Shown: in pieces, positions 60,312-64,000 of the stretch
Layout: each line of letters starts with the position of its first letter
Position numbering within the stretch: position 1 is the first letter of the stretch
IMG/VR virus record: IMGVR_UViG_3300033074_001484
Coordinates: 116,351 to 180,350 of that record
From: a virus
Lineage: Duplodnaviria > Caudoviricetes
Reading direction: 5' to 3' (one strand)
Length of the DNA: 64,000 nt
Made by a program: the position numbers and the translations under genes
Notes under the pieces: model-generated
Databases searched by the model: none
What the model saw: the letters and a program-made list of their open reading frames with translations, nothing else
What the model was told of the DNA's origin: nothing

Positions 60312-60733
60312 TACACAACCTTATCCGCTTTGGGTAAATCCTCGGTTAATAAATCATCAACGGAACTCAATTTATCAGACGATGCAGGTAGTGCCTTTAA
60401 TTCCTTCAACAAATCAGCTTTTTCTTCCTCAGTAAGTAATAGTGGACCATCTGTTGGTGATGTTTGTGCTTTCATGTACACCCGGCTAATAATCGATGCT
60501 AATTTTACCAATGAATCATCATTAAACACTGCCGTGGATAAAAATTCTGAAATCAATGGAACGATCACGGCGGCATCATTAGGCGTGTTAATAAATGACA
60601 TTAATTTATCTGTCAATACCTGTAATGCTTCTCTCTTTTCGGCGGCATTTGAATGTATCTCCTTGAATAAATCTTCAAGGTTATACTCGGCACCATTATC
60701 AGTATCGAATAATTTTAAGTCATTGAATCCCAT
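60311..60733 (-). CDS. hypothetical helical protein
   Basis: 140 aa, coupled to the downstream gene. Confidence 0.65.
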   Translation of the reverse strand: MGFNDLKLFDTDNGAEYNLEDLFKEIHSNAAEKREALQVLTDKLMSFINTPNDAAVIVPLISEFLSTAVFNDDSLVKLASIISRVYMKAQTSPTDGPLLLTEEEKADLLKELKALPASSDKLSSVDDLLTEDLPKADKVV

Positions 60734-60736
60734 GTA

Positions 60737-61462
60737 CTAATCCCTTTTATATACATATTGTATAAAATCAAAATCTGCGTCGTTTAGAAAATTTGTATAC
60801 ATTTCAACGTACATATGTTTTAACAATTTTACCACTTTAGTTATACTTGACGTTTTGTTTATTTTTGTTTGCTCACGGATAAGTACATACAACGCTTTTT
60901 TGTTAAATATATCTATATCATCAGAATCTCTAAACAATACAAAAATAGACTCTGCTATTGTTTTATTTGTTGCATTATTGAACAAATCATTTAAATTGGT
61001 CAATCCCCATTCAACCCAAAGAGTTATAAACTCATGTGATTCGGATTGTAATCCAGAATAATCGTCAATATCAACATAGTAAATATCATCAACTATAAGC
61101 AAATCATCTCTATCAACTTTTGACTTATATATCTCTTTATTTTTCTGTATTAAATAATTTCGAGCAACGATTGTAAAATACGAAAATGCTTTTCCACGAT
61201 CACCGTTGAATTTATGTAAACGTTCATGTATATATGATATTGTTTCCAATTTCAAATCATCATACACTGTATCGTAATGATAAAATTTATAAGTATGTAT
61301 TACATTTTCAACCAGTTTATCCAATGCCGGATAAATGGATGCGTGATATAAAAAATCTCTATCCGGGCCGGGGGGTAATGTTAAGTATTCGCATATTTTA
61401 TGTTCTGTATCTATTGTAAAGTAATTACGACTTGTTCTCCGTCGTTTCATCTGCACCCCCAT
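60737..61462 (-). CDS. phage late-transcription sigma factor (T4 gp55-like)
   Basis: NYF, KL-x-EN-x-I, HKFN-x3-GKAFSYFT-x2-ARNYLI region-2-like motif. Confidence 0.7.
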   Translation of the reverse strand: MGVQMKRRRTSRNYFTIDTEHKICEYLTLPPGPDRDFLYHASIYPALDKLVENVIHTYKFYHYDTVYDDLKLETISYIHERLHKFNGDRGKAFSYFTIVARNYLIQKNKEIYKSKVDRDDLLIVDDIYYVDIDDYSGLQSESHEFITLWVEWGLTNLNDLFNNATNKTIAESIFVLFRDSDDIDIFNKKALYVLIREQTKINKTSSITKVVKLLKHMYVEMYTNFLNDADFDFIQYVYKRD

Positions 61463-61778
61463 TTATCAATTCATTTACCTTGTCCAATTGAAATGATACA
61501 TGGTGTATTGCCTCGTTTATTGTTGTAAAAGCAAATCCTACTTCATCGTCGGATGAAAATGAACCATTTTTATCAACCCTATCCATCTCCATTTTAGCCT
61601 GTCCAAACAATTTTTTGAAAAATGTGAGTGCTTTCAATACTCGTTTTTCAATCAACTCCTGATTTTTCACTAATTTGTTATATTCAGATTCAAAATAAAG
61701 ATACTTTCGGTACGTGTTAATACACACATATAACAATATACAAATACCAATAATCAATCCAACTATTATATATTCCAT
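61425..61778 (-). CDS. membrane-anchored hypothetical protein
   Basis: N-terminal TM helix, coiled coil, FSSDDEVG motif. Confidence 0.65.
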   Translation of the reverse strand: MEYIIVGLIIGICILLYVCINTYRKYLYFESEYNKLVKNQELIEKRVLKALTFFKKLFGQAKMEMDRVDKNGSFSSDDEVGFAFTTINEAIHHVSFQLDKVNELINGGADETTENKS

Positions 61779-62464
61779 TCTATCGATGTGAATTTTCGTT
61801 GTTTAAAGGTTGCCATTCTATCAAATTCAAATTGCGATGCCATCAAATCTGCTTGATGTACTATATACGGTAATTTAGTCCGTAATCTTGAATAATGTTT
61901 AGAAGATTTATAGTATGGAATATTCACTTCATCATATAATCCATCATGTATTTTTATACTCAAAAATTCATTCTCAGTGAGTGTAATTCCAAATTTTTGA
62001 AGAATAAATAATGACCGATCTTGGATTAGCATAAATGGTAACTTTTCATTTTTTCTATAATTGTTACCCTGATTAACATGCCATTCAGAAGTCTCAACAA
62101 CATACACTTCACCGTCCTCTGTGGGATAACCCAATTTACCTAAATCGTGATGGTATGCTACCATTAACAATTCGAGATAGGTGAATCCGGATACATCCAT
62201 TCCATTCTGCACATAAAACTGGTACAATGCTTTGGTATATCGTACCACATTTCGTATGTGGTCAACGTACCCTCCAATAAATGAGTTGTGAAAATATTCA
62301 TTACCGGATGCCGGTGCTACTGGCCAAATATCGCCAAAAACATCATAAATCTGGCGTATTTTTGAAAAGCATTGATGTTGTTGTAGATCACCTTCAAGTT
62401 CAGTAATAAACGCATGTGCGTTTGAAATTACCTCATCCTGAGATAATATTTCCAAATGTCCCAT
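61766..62464 (-). CDS. HD-domain phosphohydrolase (YhaM-like)
   Basis: APAS-x4-FH, GG-x2-DH, HHDLGK, HDG, HQAD. Confidence 0.85.
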   Translation of the reverse strand: MGHLEILSQDEVISNAHAFITELEGDLQQHQCFSKIRQIYDVFGDIWPVAPASGNEYFHNSFIGGYVDHIRNVVRYTKALYQFYVQNGMDVSGFTYLELLMVAYHHDLGKLGYPTEDGEVYVVETSEWHVNQGNNYRKNEKLPFMLIQDRSLFILQKFGITLTENEFLSIKIHDGLYDEVNIPYYKSSKHYSRLRTKLPYIVHQADLMASQFEFDRMATFKQRKFTSIEWNI

Positions 62465-62475
62465 ACTTAAAACAA

Positions 62476-63597
62476 TTACCTTTTTAAATTTTGATGGGGG
62501 GCGTTTTTAACCTCTGATGGACTTAATCGCTTGGGTATTAATGAGGTTAACCTGTCTATTAACGTCCTTGGAAGATCGGACTCTGTTGACACTATCTTAC
62601 CTCCGATGGTCCCACTGCGCATATCCGAATTGGCTTCACTATCCCCCCATCGATCTTCTTTTTGGGTCTGGTCTTGGTCTGGCTCTGAATTGTTTTGGGT
62701 CTGGTCTTGGTCTGGCTCTGAATTGTTTTGGGTCTGGTCTTGGTCTGGTCTTGGTCTATCTTGATTTTTTATATATAGTTCAGGTTTACGTGAAACGTTA
62801 TTTTTTTTAGTAAAAAATGTAATATTGGCAGTAAATACTAACGCTAACGCTAACGGATCGAAAACAATAATCAACAAAAGTAAAAAATAGTTCACAATTA
62901 CGTCCATTTTTTTTCCGGTCAGGCGACTAAGATATTTTAAAGGGCCTAATTCCGAAGTAATGGTTGATGCTGTGGACGCTTCTAAAATCATTGATTCTAA
63001 ATGTAATACGCTATCGGTCAACGTTTCAATCTGCAAAGATATATTATCCCGGCGATTTATTGCATCTGCCAATTGAGTTTCGTATGATTTTCTATTTGCT
63101 GACGAAGTTGTAGTGACGGTTTTACCAGTTTTTTTATCTACTGAGGTGAGTGTATTTGACGTTAATGCCTGTCGTAAATTATTGATTGTCAATATTATAC
63201 TTGTATATTCATTTTCATACTGTGCTTTTCGCTGCGCGAATCCAGCTTTTTTATTTTCTAAAATTGCAATTCGTGATGTTTCTAACTTATCCTGAGCGGA
63301 TGTCATCTCAAAGGCATTTGATAAAAATCCATAGATTCCCATACTGGTTATAACTACCAACACCACCAAGGCAAAAATCAAATACGATTTTAACCACACA
63401 CTTAAAATTTTCCAGTAATGGTGTAGTGCTGAGGCTATTATGAGTTTTGAACACTCTAATGATGTCGCCATGACTATGACTTCGGAGGCTGCGCCGCCGA
63501 ATAACTTTGACAGCCCGATAATGGAATAGAATGCTGCACTACCTGATACCGATAGTGCCGCAAAAAAAATTATAACCGGAAAAATTTTAGATCGCAT
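62476..63597 (-). CDS. multi-pass membrane protein with a coiled coil
   Basis: Three N-terminal TM helices (AAFYSIIGL, TSMGIYGFLS), coiled coil, ELGPLKY, and a TM helix with VFDPLA. Confidence 0.8.
   Translation of the reverse strand: MRSKIFPVIIFFAALSVSGSAAFYSIIGLSKLFGGAASEVIVMATSLECSKLIIASALHHYWKILSVWLKSYLIFALVVLVVITSMGIYGFLSNAFEMTSAQDKLETSRIAILENKKAGFAQRKAQYENEYTSIILTINNLRQALTSNTLTSVDKKTGKTVTTTSSANRKSYETQLADAINRRDNISLQIETLTDSVLHLESMILEASTASTITSELGPLKYLSRLTGKKMDVIVNYFLLLLIIVFDPLALALVFTANITFFTKKNNVSRKPELYIKNQDRPRPDQDQTQNNSEPDQDQTQNNSEPDQDQTQKEDRWGDSEANSDMRSGTIGGKIVSTESDLPRTLIDRLTSLIPKRLSPSEVKNAPHQNLKR
62659..62757. repeat. 33-bp coding tandem repeat (PDQDQTQNNSE)
   Basis: About 2.5-3 copies of tttgggtctggtcttggtctggctctgaattgt. 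Confidence 0.85.
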
Positions 63598-63606
63598 TTT
63601 TACTAT

Positions 63607-63672
63607 AACTATCAGTTAATAACTATCAGTTACGCGACACATAGTTTAACTATCAGTTAAAACTGACAGTTT
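63607..63672. repeat. degenerate AACT-N3-AGTT palindrome cluster
   Basis: aactatcagtt x3, aactgacagtt, and a cgcgacacatagtt fragment of the downstream repeat unit. Confidence 0.75.
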
Positions 63673-63775
63673 ATTATTTATTCAAATTTTATAAATCATT
63701 GATATATAGTATATTATAATGTAATGCGTTAGCATTACATTTATATAGTTAATTAATAGATATTATATATATCCA

Positions 63776-64000
63776 CAGTTCGCGCGTGTGCGCGACACAT
63801 AGTTAAAACTGTCAGTTCGCGCGTGTGCGCGACACATAGTTAAAACTGTCAGTTCGCGCGTGTGCGCGACACATAGTTAAAACTGTCAGTTCGCGCGTGT
63901 GCGCGACACATAGTTAAAACTGTCAGTTCGCGCGTGTGCGCGACACATAGTTAAAACTGTCAGTTCGCGCGTGTGCGCGACACATAGTTAAAACTGTCAG
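63776..64000. repeat. perfect 37-bp tandem array, at least 6 copies, truncated by the window end
   Basis: Unit cagttcgcgcgtgtgcgcgacacatagttaaaactgt starting at 63776, 63813, 63850, 63887, 63924 and 63961; no spacers. Confidence 0.95.

Noticed and set aside
60311-60733. Small terminase assignment
   Set aside because: Size and helicity fit, but there is no recognisable motif and it is far from the large subunit; left as hypothetical.
63776-64000. CRISPR array (37-bp repeat length, internal palindrome)
   Set aside because: Units are head-to-tail with no spacers, and there are no cas genes in the window.
1-64000. Stop-codon reassignment
   Set aside because: Core genes are full length in the standard code, and TAA, TGA and TAG all end genes at tight junctions.
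1-64000. tRNAs, introns, inteins, homing endonucleases
   Set aside because: No cloverleaf-like sequence was seen in the short gaps, and terminase, portal, capsid and primase are uninterrupted and of normal size.

Overview
This window is the virion morphogenesis region of a large (jumbo-type) T4-like myophage. It is AT-rich, uses the standard genetic code, and essentially every gene lies on the minus strand. In transcription order (right to left) it holds: a non-coding 37-bp tandem array with an AT-rich zone (possible origin), a membrane protein, an HD hydrolase, a gp55-like late sigma factor, baseplate genes (gp5-, gp25-, gp6-, gp7/P2 gpI-like and three paralogous peripheral proteins), a methyltransferase, primase, a fused Mre11-Rad50 (gp47-gp46), terminase, portal, prohead protease, ribosomal protein bS21, scaffold, major capsid protein, PhoH, fibre-like genes, neck, tail terminator, sheath, three tube paralogues, a chaperone pair joined by a probable frameshift, tape measure, tube initiator, LysM and hub genes, and the start of a possible family A polymerase. 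The bS21 sequence and one TAnnTTTG promoter suggest a Bacteroidota host. The most notable patterns are: (1) an [S/T]-G-S motif abundant in predicted surface-exposed virion proteins and absent from internal proteins and enzymes (candidate virion-wide modification sequon); (2) Bacteroidota-type bS21 alongside strong Shine-Dalgarno use in late genes; (3) small cargo-like proteins carrying prohead-protease-type (L/I)xE sites; (4) a TATTTAT late-promoter motif; (5) twin hairpins ahead of the scaffold gene; (6) identical DNA patches between diverged paralogues. All family assignments come from motif recognition by eye; no database searches were run.
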